DNA of 64,000 bases from the human T2T-CHM13v2.0 reference genome, Homo sapiens, in assembly GCF_009914755.1 (NCBI RefSeq), contig NC_060927.1. The stretch is one strand, 5' to 3'. Under the pieces are notes generated by a model. That model saw only the letters and a list, made by a program, of their open reading frames with translations, did not search any database and had not been told where the DNA came from. Positions 11,215 to 24,127 of the stretch are shown here, piece after piece (within the stretch, counting starts at the first letter, position 1; every line of letters starts with the position of its first letter). A program made the position numbers and the translations under genes.

Positions 11215-13789
11215 AATATTTATGGTTTCAGGTCTTAGATTTAAATATTTGATCCATCTTAAGTTGATTTTTGTATAAGGTGAGAGATGAGGATCCAATT
11301 TCATTCTTCTACATGTGACTTGCAATTATCCCAGCACCATTTGTTGAATAGGATGTCTTTTCTCCACTGTATGTTTTTCTTTGCTTTGTCACAGAGATCA
11401 AGTGGCTGTAAGTATATGGCTTTATTTCTGGGTTCTATATTCTGTTTCATTGGTCTATGTGCCTATTTTTATACCAGTACCATGCTGTTTTGGTGACTAT
11501 GGCTTTATAGTATAGTTGGAAGTTGGGTAATATGATGCTTCCAGATTTGTTCTTTTTGCTTAGTCTTGCTTTGTCTATGTGGGCTCTTTTTTGGTTTCAT
11601 ATGAATTCTAGGATTGTTTTTTTCTAGTTCTGTGAAGAATGGTGTTGGTATTTTAATGGGAATTGCATTGAATTTATAGATTGCTTTTGGCAATATGGTC
11701 ATTTTCCCAATATTGATTAAACCCATTCATGAACATGAGATGTGTTTCCATTTGTTTGTGTCATTTATGATTTCTTTCAGCAGTGCTTTGTAGTTTTTCT
11801 TGCAGCTATTCTGGAATGGATTGAGTTCTTTACTTGATTCTCAGCTTGGTCACTGTTGGTATATAGCAGAGCTATTGATTTGGGTACATTAGGTTTGTAT
11901 CCTAAAACTTTGCTGGATTCATTTATCAATTCTAGGAGCTTTTTGGATGACTCTTTAGGGTTTTCTAGGTATAGGATTGTATCATCAGCAAATAGCGACA
12001 GTTTGACTTCCTTTTTACTGATTTGGATGCCCTTTATTTCTTTCTCTTGTCTGATTGCTCTGGCTAGGTCTTCCACTACTATGTTGAATAGAAATGTTGA
12101 AAGTGGGCATCCTAGTCTTGTTCCAGTTCTCGGGGGGAATGCTTTCAACTTTCCCTTGTTCAATATAAATGTGGGCTGTGTGTCATAAATGGCTTTTATT
12201 ACCTTAAGGTATGTCCCTTCTATGCTTACTTTGCTGAGGGTTTTAATCATAAAGTGATGCTGGATTTTGTCAAATGCATTTTCTGTGTCTATTGAGATGA
12301 TCGTGTAATTTTCATTTTTAATTCTGTTTATGTGGTGTATCACATTTATTGACTTACATATGTTAAACCATCCCTGCATCCCTGGTATGAAACCTACTTG
12401 ATCATGGTAAATTATCTTTTTAATATACTGTTGGATCTGGTTCACTAGTATTTTGTTGAAGATTTTTGCATCTATATTCATCAGGGATATTGGTCTGTAG
12501 TTTTCTTTATTTGTTACATTCTTCCCTGGTTTTGGTATTGGGGTGATTCTGGATTCATAGAATGATTTAGGGAGAATTTACTGTTTCTCCGTCTTTTGGA
12601 ATAGTGTCAATAGGATTGGTACCAATTCTTTGAATGTCTCTGATAGAATTCAGCTATGAATCTGTGCGGTTCTGGACTTTTTTTGTTGGCAATTTTTTTG
12701 TTGCCATTTCAGTCTCACTGCTTGTTAATTGGTCTGTTCAGAGGTTTTATATTTTCCTGGTTTAATCTAAGAGGGTTGTATATTTCCAGGAATTTATCCA
12801 TCTCCTCTAGGTTTTCTAGATTATCCACATAAAGGCATTCATAGTAACCTTGAATAATCTTTTGTATTTCTGTGGTATCAGTTGTCATATCTCCTGTATC
12901 ATAGGCAATTGAGCTTATTTGGATCTTTTTTCTTGGCTAATCTCGCTAATGCTCTATCAATTTTATTTATTTTTTCAAAGAGCCAGCTTTTTGTTTCATT
13001 TACCTTTTGTATTGTTTTGTTAATATTGTTATTTCAGTTTCATTTAGTTCTGCTCTGATCTTTGTTATTTCTTTTCTTTTGCTGTGTTTGGGTTCAGATT
13101 TTTCTTGTTTCTCCAGTTCCTTGAGTTGTGACCTCAGATTGTCTATTTGGGCTCTATCAGACTTTTTGATGTAGGTATTTAAATGCTATGAACTTTCCTC
13201 TTAGCACCACTTTTGCTGTATCCCAGAGGTTTTGATAGGTTGTGTCACTATTGTCATTAAGTTCAAATAATTTTTTAATTTCCATCTTGATTTCATTGTT
13301 GACCCAACAATCATTCAGGAGCAGGTTATTTAATTTCCCTGTATTTGCATGGTTTCAAGGGTTCCTTTTGGAGTTGATTTCTAAAATCAACTGTGATCCA
13401 CTGTGATCTGAGAGAGTACTTGATATAGTTTTAATTTTATTGCACTGTGATCTGAGAGAGTACTTGATATAATTTTAATTTTCTTAAATTTACTGAGACT
13501 TGTTTTGTGGCCTATCATATGGTCTATCCTGGAGAATGTTCCATGTGCTGATGAACAGAATGTATATTCTGTAGTTGTTGGGTAGAATGTTCTGTAAATA
13601 TCTGTTAAGGCCATTTGTTGTAGGATATAGTTTAAGTCCATTGTTTCTTTGTTGACTTTCTGTCTTAATGGCCTGTCTAGTGTTGTCAGTGGAGTATTAA
13701 AGTCTCCCATTATTATTGTGTTGCTGTCTATCTCATTTATTAGGTCTAGTAGTAATTGTTTTATAAATGTGGGAGCTCCTGTGTTAGGT

Positions 13790-13985
13790 GCACATATATT
13801 TATATATATATTTATATATTTATAGGTGCATATATATTTATATGCACCTGCTGTTATATTTAGGATTGTGATACTTTCCTGTTGGACTAGTCCTTTTATC
13901 ATTATATATATAAAATACATATATATGTATATATATATAAAATACATATATGTGTGTGTGTGTGTGTGTGTGTTTGTGTGTGTTT
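13790..13985. repeat. (TA)n/(TG)n microsatellite complex inside L1PB ORF2
   Basis: tatatatata...tgtgtgtgtgtg, seen directly. Confidence 0.9.
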
Positions 13986-16231
13986 ATATTTAGAATTGTG
14001 ATATTTTCCTGTTGGACTAGTTCTTTTATCATTATATAATGTTCCTCTTCTTCTTTTTTAACTGCATTTGCTTTAAAGTTTGTTTTGTCTTATGTAAGAA
14101 TAGCTACTCTTGCTCACTTTTGGTGTCCAATTGCATGTAAAATCTTTTTCCACCCCTTTACCTTAAGTTTATGTGAGTCCTTATGTATTAGCTGAGTCTC
14201 CTGAAGACAGCAGAAACTTGGTTGGTAAATTCTAATCCATTCTCCCATTCTGTATATTTTAAGTGGAGCATTTAGGTCATTTACATTCAATGTTGGTATT
14301 GAGATGTGAGATTCTATTCTATTCATCGTGCTATTTGTTGACTGAATACCTTTTTTTTCATTGTGTTATTGTTATATAGGTCCTGTGAGATTTATGATGT
14401 AAGGAGGTTCTATTTTGGTGTATTTCAATGATTTGTTTCAGGATTGAGAGGTCCTTTTAGCAGTTCTTGCAGTGCTGGCTTGGTAGTGGCTAATTCTCAG
14501 CATTTGTTTGCCTGGAAAGACTGTATCTTTCCTTCATTTATGAAGCTTAGTTTTGCTGGATAAAAAATTACTGGCTGATAATTGTTCTGTTTAAGGAGGC
14601 TACAAATAGGACCTTAATCCCTTCCAGCTTATAAGATTTGGGCTGAGAAATCTGCTGTTAATCTGATAGGTTTTCATTTATAGGTTATCTGATGTTTTTG
14701 ACTCAAGGATTCTTTCCTTTTTCTTGACTTTACATAAACTGATGACAATGTGCCCAGGCAATGATCTTTTGTGATGAATTTCCCAGGTGTTCTTTGAGCT
14801 TCTTGTATTCAGATGTCTAGATCTCTAGCAAGGCCAGGGAAGTTTTCCTTGATTATTCCCTCAAATATGCTTTCTAAACTTGTAGATTTCTCTTCTTCCC
14901 CGGGAAGCCCAATTACTTTCAGGTTTGGATGTCCCAAACTTCTTGGAGTCTTTGTTCATTTTTTTTTTATTTTTTTTTATTTTTCTTTGATGGATTGGGT
15001 TAATTCGAAAGCCTTGTCTTCAAGCTCTGAAATTCTTTCTTGTGCTTGTTTGATTCTATTGTCAAGACTTTCCAGTGCATTTTGCATTTTTTTAAGTGTC
15101 CTTGATTTTCAGAAGTTGTGATTGTTTTTCATTTATGCTACCTATTTCACTGAACAATTTTGCATTCATATCCTGTATCATGTTTTTTATTTCTTTAAGT
15201 TGGAGTGAACCTTTCTCTGGTGCCTCCTTGATTAGCTTAATAATTGACCTGAATTTTTTTTCTGGCAATTCAGAGATTTCATCTTGGTTTAGATTCATTA
15301 CCAGTGAGCTGGTATGATCTTTTGGAGGTGTTAAAGAACCTTGTTTTGTCATATTACCAGAATTGTTTTTCTGGTTCTTTCTCATTTGAGTAGACTATGT
15401 CAGAGGGGAGATTTAGGATTCAAGGGCTGCTGTGAGATTCTTTTGTCCCACGGGGTGCTCCCTTGATGTGGTATTCTCCTGTTTCCCCTAGGAATGGGGC
15501 TTCCTGAAAGCCAAACAGTAGTGATCATTTTTGCTTTTCTGAGTCTAGTCAGCCAGCAGAGCTACCAGGCTCCAAGCTGGTACTGGGGAGTATCTGGAAA
15601 GAGTCCTGTGACGTGATCCATCTTCGGTCTTTCAGCTATGGATTCCAGCACCGGCTCCAGTGGAGGTAGCTGGGGAGTGAAGCGGACTCTGAGTCCTTGG
15701 TTATGTTTCTGTTTATTGCACTGGTTTTGTGTTGGTTGGCCTCCAGCCAGGAGGTGGCACCTTCAAGAGCACATCAGCTTTCATCAGTTTTTCATGTGTC
15801 AGGGAGTCTGTAGCAGTGATCCAGTTTCTTCGAAAGGTCTATTGATTCTCTCAGCTTTCCTGGTATGCTCCTGTGGTAGTTCTTAGAGCAAAAGTTCATG
15901 ATGTGAGTCTGCACAAGCTGCTGTCTCCCCAAGTGGGATCCGCAAGCTAGTCCTGCCTCCTGTCTGCCATCTTCAAAATCTCCCATTTTAAATGCTATCA
16001 AAAATGACTGCCAATGATTTCTCCCAAGAGGCTGATCTTACCAGATTTTGAAGTTCATGAAGTATGGCCAGAATTCTTGATTTGGTGCAAAAATTTTCAC
16101 GTTACCTACTTTTATGTTTAAAGTGAACTTTTATAAAGCAAGGATCAACTTAATTGCTTATAAATTAAGATATAAGGGAGGAATTTGGAAGTTGTTTATA
16201 GTGGAGAGTAGAGTGCTGTCTATAGACCTGT

Positions 16232-18513
16232 TGTATTAGTCCATTTTCATGATGCTGATAAAGACATACCCGAAACTGGGAAGAAAAAGAGGTTTAATTG
16301 GACTTACAGTTCCACATGGCTGGGGAAGCCTCAGAATCATGGCAGGAGGCAAAAGGCACTTCTTACATGGCAGCAGCAAGAGAGAATGAGGAGGAAGAAA
16401 AAGCAGAAACCCCTGATAAACCTATCAGTTCTCGTGAGACTTATTCACTATCACAAGAATAGCAAGAGAAAGACCAGCCCCCATGTTTCAATTACCTCCC
16501 ACTTGGTCCCTCCCACAACACATGGGAATTCTGGGAGATACAATTCAAGTTGAGATTTGGATGTGAGCACAGCCAAACCATATCATTCCACCCCTAACCC
16601 CTTCCAAATCTCATGTCCTCACATTTCAAAACCAATCATGCTTTCCCAACAGTCCCCCAAAGTCTTCACTCATTTCAGCATTAACCCAAAAGTCCACAGT
16701 TCAAAGTCTCATCTGAGACAAGGCAAGTCCCTTCCGCCTATGAGCCTGTAAAATCAAAAGGGAGCTAGTTACTTCCTATAATGGGGGTACAGGTGTTAGG
16801 TAAATATAGCTGTTCCAGATGGGAGAAATTGGCCAAAACAAAGGAGTTAAGGGCCCATGCAAGTCCAAAATTCAGTGGGGCTGTCAAATTTTAAAGCTCC
16901 AAAATGATCTCCTTTGACTCCAAGTCTCATATCCAGGCCATGCTGATGCAAGAGGTGGGTTCCCATGGTCTTGGGCAGCTCTGCCCCTGTGGGTATGCAG
17001 AGTACACCCTCCCTCCCAGCTGCTTTCATAGGCTGGCATTCAGTGTCTGCTACTTTTCCAGGCACACGGTGCAAGCTGTCAGTGGATCTACCATTCTGGA
17101 GTCTTGAGGATGGTGGCCCTCTTCTCACAGCTCCACTAGGCAGTGCCCCAGTAGGGACTCTGTGTGGGACTCTGTGTGGGGTCTCCCACCCCACATTTCC
17201 CTTCTGCATTGCCCTGGCTGAGGTTCTCCATAAGGGCCCCGCCCCTGCAGCAAACTTTTGCCTGCACATCCAGGCGTTTCCCTACATCTTCTGAAATCTA
17301 GGCGGAGGTTCCCAAACCTCAGTTCTTGACTTCTGTGCACCCACAGGCTCAACACCACATAGAAGCTGCCACGGCTTGGGGCTTCCACCCTCTGAAACCA
17401 CAGCCCAAGCTCTACATTGGCCCCTTTCAGCCATGGCTGGAGTGACTGGGACACAGGGCACCAAGTCCCTAGCGTGGGGGCCCTGGGCCCGGCCCACGAA
17501 ACCACTTCTTCTTCCTGTGCCTCCAGGCCTGTGATGGGAGGGGCTGCCATGAAGACCTCTGATATGCCCTGGAGACATTTTCCCCATGGTCTTGGGAATT
17601 AACACTGGGATCCTTGCTACTTAAGCAAATTTCAACAGCCAGCTTGAATTTCTCCCCAGAAAATGGGTTTTTCTTTTCTATAGCATAGTGCGGCTGCACA
17701 TTTTCTGAACTTTGATGCTGTTTCCCTTTTAAAACTGAATGCTTTTAACAGCACCCAAGTCACCTCTTGAATGCTTTGCTGCTTAGAAACTTCTTCCACC
17801 AGATACCCTAAATCATCTTTCTCAAGCTCAAAGTTCCACAGATCTCTAGGGCAGGGGCAAAATGCCACCCAGTCTCTTTGCTAAAACATAACAAAAGTCA
17901 CCTTTGCTCCAGTTCCCAACAAGTTCCTCATCTCCACCTGAGACCACCTCAGCCTGGATCTTATTATCCATATCGCTATCAGCATTTTGGGCAAAGCCAT
18001 TCAACAAGTCTTTAGGAAGTTCCAAACTTTCCCACCTTTTCTTGTCTTCTTCTGAGCCCTCCAAACTGTTCCAGCCTCTGCCTATTATGCAGTTCCAAAG
18101 TCACTCCCACATTTTCAGGTATCTTTTCAGCAATGCCCCACTCTACTGGTACCAATTTACTGTATTAGTCTGTTTTCATGCTGCTGATAAAGACATACCT
18201 GAAACTGGAAACAAAAAGAGATTTAATTGGACTTATAGTTCCACATGGCTGGAGAAGCCTCAGAATCATGGCGGGAGGCAAAAGGCACTTCTTACATGGC
18301 AGCAACAAGAGAAAATGAGGAGGAAGCCAAAGCAGAAACCCCTGATAAACCCATCAGATCTCATGAGACTTATTCACTATCACAAGAATAGCACAGGAAA
18401 GACCGGCTGCATGATTCAATTACCTCCCCCTGGGTCCTTCCCACAACACATGGGAATTCTGGGAGATACAATTCAAGTTGAGATTTGGGTGGGGGCACAG
18501 GCAAACCATATAG
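16232..18513 (-). mobile_element. Complete THE1 (THE1A-like) MaLR provirus: 3' LTR 16232-16585, internal region 16586-18160, 5' LTR 18161-18513
   Basis: Two direct repeats of about 354 bp beginning tgtattagtc, 5-bp TSD CCTGT at 16227-16231 and 18514-18518, and frameshifted internal ORF pieces on the minus strand. Confidence 0.93.
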
Positions 18514-20196
18514 CCTGTGCTTTATCTGAGGTCATGCCTGATCACAGGTGACATACCTGAGTTAGCTATGTGCAGTTCAGCCTAAAGAATCTGGAAATCA
18601 TGACCTCAGGAAAATCACTATGGGGAATTGCAGATGATACACCCTCTAGCCATCACACCACTTACTTTTGCATGGAGATGTATGTTTTCCAAAGAGACGG
18701 CCCCTTCATTTTCCCATTTTGTGCTCATGACAGCCTTTCTCAGATGCACAGACTGAGGCTCAGAGATCAAGTGCCTGGTTCAAAGTCTCAGAGCTGAATA
18801 CTATTACCTAAGTTTGTTGATGCCTTAAGCATGACTTTTACCACTCCGCCATGGTGTCTTTATAAACTATATATGTATGTACATACACATATATATTCAC
18901 ATATGAACACCCAAATATAATATAATTTATACATAGAGGTTTTAAAAATTGGTAAAACTGTTATCCTACTTTTTTTACTTCTGTATTCCTACATTTGAAC
19001 TTCGTCACCCTGGCTTCACTCTTCGAAGCTTTTAAAAGAATCAACAAAGCCGAGAACATTGTTTTTATTAAATAAGGACTTTCATCAATATCATTTTAAA
19101 AAACAAAAATAAGCCCCTGAATAGGTAGGTGTGTGACAAAACTAGAAAGAGCAGCATACACTTACATTGGCTACTGCATCTGCACCTTTAACTTCTAATA
19201 TGTTAGTGATAGTGTATGTAATCACCAGCTTGGAGGGCTTAGCAATAGCGTGTGCATGCTACATATTTTCAAAGGCCTATACTGGGCTGTAGTATATATA
19301 GTGGGCTGTAGAACCTTATAGGAATCTATTATGGGTACCCACATCCCTACAGCAGCTGGCCACCCTGAAAATTCCTGTTCACATTTGTCAACTATGAGAC
19401 CCCATATGTAACCCATCACAAATATGATGAGAATCACATTTCTCTTCCAAAGAGACAAATGTCCCTTCCAAAGAGGGTATTGGGCCAGGATAGTTGCAGC
19501 CCCAGAATCTTCTAAGGTAAACTTTTGGCACCTGCAAACTCTTGCTACTTCTCTCTCAACTTCATCCTCATTGACCATGGTTACATATACATATTTTAAT
19601 TTTATCTTTATCATAGACAGTGTTGAGAGACCCACAGATGCCCTTTCACTTTCAGTGGAAGAAATCTAGACCAGAACAGAGTAGAGATCTCTCAGCGTGC
19701 AGATGGCTGGCAGAGGCAATGAGGAGAAGGGAAGTGAGCTGGGCTTCAGAGTTGTGTAGACCCAGACCCTAGTCCTGTTCCTGTCCTCACTAGCTGCATA
19801 TTGTTGGGCCTTCATACACAACCTATAAAAATAAAGCAATGGAAATGCCACACAGACTGCTGAGATCATAAGAGGAGAGAAAAGTTTCAATATGAGCTCC
19901 ACAGCCAGTGAATTATATACCCATCCCAACTCAACATTTATTCATTCTTTCCAATGAAGTTATCTATTATCCCTACTTCCCTGTTATAATAATATTTTAA
20001 CTATAAAAGGTAATGTTCTTTTATTAATAAAGCGAGGAAGCATCCAGGAAATTGCCTAATGGTGCATAAGAGTTCAATCATTTTTAATCCCTTCCTACCT
20101 TTTTTCCTTCCTATTCAAATGTAAGAATACAGAAGTAAAAAAGTAGAATCAGGATGAAAATTCAAGTTTCTGACTTCTCATACAATGGCTTTTCTC

Positions 20197-20232
20197 GTGT
20201 GTGTGTGTGTGCGCGCGCGCACGCATGTGTGT
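20197..20232. repeat. (TG)n(CG)n alternating purine-pyrimidine tract
   Basis: gtgtgtgtgtgtgtgcgcgcgcgcacgcatgtgtgt. Confidence 0.9.
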
Positions 20233-23200
20233 TTGTATATCCACTGACAAACTCTTTCAAACTTAGTTTGATTTTTTCCTCAATTCATTTTTTTTCTTTC
20301 AAATTACCCTTTGTCTATATGAGAAGGGGAAAAATCATGCTCAGTGGCTTCATTTGGTTTAGCTAGCTTTGTGTGATTTCAGAATCTTAGAAATTGTCTC
20401 CACATCATTACTTCACATCAAAGAGAAGCAGCATGTGAAAGTAATGAAAATACATCATGTTATTTTTTTTTTTAATTCTACTATGGAGCATTGACTTCTT
20501 CAAATCATCGTGATTTCTTAGATTTTGAAGCCACAGATTTCAATAATGGCACTAAGGATGTATAATTTATGCATTCCTTTGATTGTGGAACTCAATATTC
20601 CAAACATGTGATCATTCAGGCCATTATTTATGTGTTTAGTCAGTTGCCTTTGCATTGAATCACTACATGAAACTATGGCTAAATTGTTATGCTTCCACAC
20701 TCCTATTATTACATGTGTTTAGGTATATGATGGCAGGCATTTCTGGGTTATATATGTGAGGTAAAAGCAGTAACAGAAATCTGAAGCATCTGTCAGGATA
20801 ACTAAGCATTCACAGAGGCTGTCGTGGGTCACCCGGGGAGGCATGGTGAAAACTCATTCTATAAGGAGGAGGCAGAGGCCAACACAAGCTATTAATAGGG
20901 AGAGAAGTCCACAAGCAAAATTATAAAGGTCAAGAGGCACAGCTAACTTAGTTCTTGTCCAGATAGATTTCAACATCTACTTTGAGGAGAGTAGGAGGAT
21001 ATGAAGAGCCAGTAGCAGAGACAGAGAGAGTGGCTCCCAGAATCAGCTTTCAGCCAGCATCCTAGGTCAGGCAGGAGTCTGATGGAACAGTATCTGGCCT
21101 GCACTTCAGGGTACCTGGGAGGTTGGAGAGTTCTAGATGCAGTCACATTAGAACATTGGAATAAAAAGCAAGGCTAGCCAGCTGGAAGCCCATACATAAA
21201 GACCTGTAGGCAGACTTGAACCTGGTGGTCATGCAGGCCTCCAGGAGTCAGGGGCCACGTAAAGAAGTCCATGTCTTTCCATAGAATTAAAGGGGCGAAG
21301 CCCCAGTATTCTCTTGGCCTGGACATTTGTCCTGCCCAGGCCTGGGTAGGCTAATCTTTCCTGAGGGACAGTGATGTACTTTGTACCAAGCACTTCACTG
21401 ACCACAGGGACCCAGAGGTAAAGAAACCACCATTTCATGTCAAGTCCCACATAATAGAAGAGGAGACGTCCTGTTGTAATAGGTGCTCTGAGAACGATGA
21501 GGGGACAGAGAAGAGTGGTGGGTTCCCTGTGGAGGGAAGGAGGGTGTGTGTGCAGGAGGCTTTGGAAAGTACTTAGAGGTGGTTCATAGAAAGTAAGACT
21601 GTTTACCAGTCAAACAAGAAAGGCAGGGAAGGCAGCATGAGCAGCCCTCAAGAGGCGTGACCCAGCCACCCTTACCAGAAACCATAAATGATCTGATAAA
21701 GCAAAGGAGGAACCCAGGGTTTCATGTTGAAAATGAAGCAAGGAAAGTAGGGAGGGGTTGCATGGTGGAGAGCTGCTTCAGTGATCTCCATGTGATTCTG
21801 TTTCTTCCTTGTGTTAGTGTATATTCAAGGACAAACTGCTGATGAATAGAGCTAACTGCATTATTAGGCCTGTTTTTATTGTCTAGCACCAGTTTTGTTA
21901 TAGCCTTTAGTTTAAAAGTACTGACTCTGTCATCATTATTACTGTTTGCATCATCCTTAGCCCTTAAATTCCTCTTGTCTGCCTTGGCACTGAAAATTAT
22001 CCATTGCTTTTGCTCTCCTCTCTCCAGCTTTAAGACCCTTCTGTGACATGATCATTTGACCTTCTCTGGGCTCTGCACAACTTTTGATGCAGGCATCCCT
22101 CACAGCCTCCTCTCCGAGCCATGCCCCTGTACTGGTGGACGTTGAGAGGAGTCCAATAGCTAAACCTGGAAAAGCAGAGGCCTAGAAATTCTTTGGACTA
22201 TCTTGCCTGTATTTACCTTAGAATCACTTATAGATACTTTATATAATCTAAGTAATATTTATGGACATTTCTATATATGTAGTTACAGATTTTTAAAAAA
22301 TTTTTTCTTAAATCATAGTAAAGAGTCTTTTTTCTCTAATTTATACTAATTTCATCAAATAAATTATAGGACTAATTTTATACTTGTGTAATCTGGAAGC
22401 AGACTAATTATTAACAAGAATTTTAACTGTTGTTCATTGTTGATCTAAGTACTGTACTGATTACATTTCTTTTCTTATACAAGTTTATGTTTACTCATTC
22501 TCCAAATTATTTTTGTAGTTAAGTAATCTCAATAGTAAATCACCATTTTATCCTGTTTTATCTTTAACTCTGACATTTATGAAATTGGATTGAGGATTAA
22601 GCAATGCTTCAATGGCAAAATCTTATCAAAATGAGTCCAGCCAATTATTTTACAGATATATGTAATTAATTTCATTTTTTAAAAAAAAAAAGTTGATGCA
22701 TGCTATTTAGTGTAGTAGGTTCAGCCACCAGCACTGAGAAAAGCTTTTCAATATTTTCTTCCAACATTTATGTACAGATGTCTATCTGCTCCAATATTTG
22801 GCTCTCTGTGGACAGCTTGCTTAAGCATAGTGGTAAATGATACCACGCTCATAAAAGAGCCCACTGCCTACCTCCTAATCAGTGTTGTATTGGATTACAT
22901 TGATCCATTCCAAACTCTATTTGAACATCGTGACTAAAATTTTTAATAATTTTCAGCTGTAACTCATAAAACTGTTTTAATTTAGCCCAGAACTTCAAAT
23001 GCCCCGGGAAGAACTGATGACTTATGTGATGAGCTAGCCCCATGTTTTCGCAACATCTCCGTATCCAAAGAGCCACATCATTCCAAGGGATGACTTGACC
23101 CTGTTTCCAGAGACTTCATTTTTTAATCTGCTTTTTGTGACAGTAGTTCATGAGAATAGTTTAAAGGCAGATAGTACTGAAAGTTCTACAACAGAAACTG

Positions 23201-23689
23201 TCTCGTCCCAGATTCGCGTCTGAAAGGCAACCACTTTTGTCCTCTTTCATTGCTTCTTCTGTCATTTATTTCAGCATTCCTAAATGCTGTGCTTCTGCTG
23301 CTGTTTATTGATTTTGTTGGCCTCCTGCTACAGAAGATGAGGGTTGAGCTCTCACATCTCCAGCAACACCCTTTGTTTCTTTCTTCCTTGTTGTCACCTT
23401 CCACAAAGAGTCATATCACAATCTTTGCTCCCTTACTTCCATCTTCCCAAGAGTTTTATCACAATTTTGTGATACATGGCCAATTTATGCCCTATTGTGA
23501 CTATTGTTAACTTCTGATTCAAGTATTGTACATTTCTTACAATCTTAAACATATTTTATTTTTCCTCAAATTAAAAATTGCCTTTTTTACTTCCTAAACA
23601 TTTCATGTATCTATAATTATTTTTTTCATATGCCTTCACAGATTTGTCAAATGACATATCATATACTCAAAGGTATCAATAAACTTTTA

Positions 23690-24127
23690 TTTATTTATTT
23701 ACTTATTTTATTGAGACGGAATCTCACTCCGTCACTGAGGCAGGAGTGCAGTGGCACAATCTCAGCTCACTGCAGCCTCTGTCTCCTGGGTTCAAGTGAT
23801 TCTCATGCCTCAGTCTCCCGAGTAACTGGGACTACAGGCACACGTAACGATGCCCGGCTAATTTTTGAATATTTAGTAGAGATGGGTTTTTTGGCCAGGC
23901 TGGTTTCAAACTCCTGACCTCAAGTGATCTGCCCACCTCAGCTTCCCAAAGTGCTGGGATTACAGGCATGAACCACCGCACCCGGCTAGTTTTTGAATTT
24001 GTAGTAGAGATGGAGTTTCACCATGTTGCCCAGACTGGTCTCTAACTCCTGGCCTCAAACTCCTGGCCTCCACCCATCTTGGCCTCCCAAAGTCCTGGGA
24101 TTATACACATGAACCACTGTGTCTGGC
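23690..24127 (-). mobile_element. Alu (S-like) with an extra left arm inside one TSD pair
   Basis: Full Alu at about 23690-23987 plus an extra left monomer at about 23988-24127. TSD tatcaataaactttta at 23674-23689 and 24128-24143. Confidence 0.9.

Larger units (their letters stand above)
8679..15973 (-). mobile_element. Full-length inactive L1PB1-like LINE-1 (5'UTR, ORF1, ORF2 EN/RT, 3'UTR) with nested L1PA and MLT2A insertions
   Basis: ORF2 fragments in the ORF track at 14114-14326 and 13387-13947 (EN, GDFNTPL), 11777-12481 (RT, FADD) and 10374-10721; ORF1 fragment at 15092-15385. 16-bp TSD caaaatctcYcatttt at 8663-8678 and 15974-15989, with a TT/AAAA cut site on the minus strand. Confidence 0.9.

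Noticed and set aside
11777-12481. 234-aa reverse transcriptase-like ORF as a novel RT system
   Set aside because: Ordinary L1 ORF2 fragment of a dead L1PB, bounded by stops and frameshifts.
17904-18551. 215-aa plus-strand ORF
   Set aside because: Antisense reading of the THE1 internal region and LTR, with no independent support.
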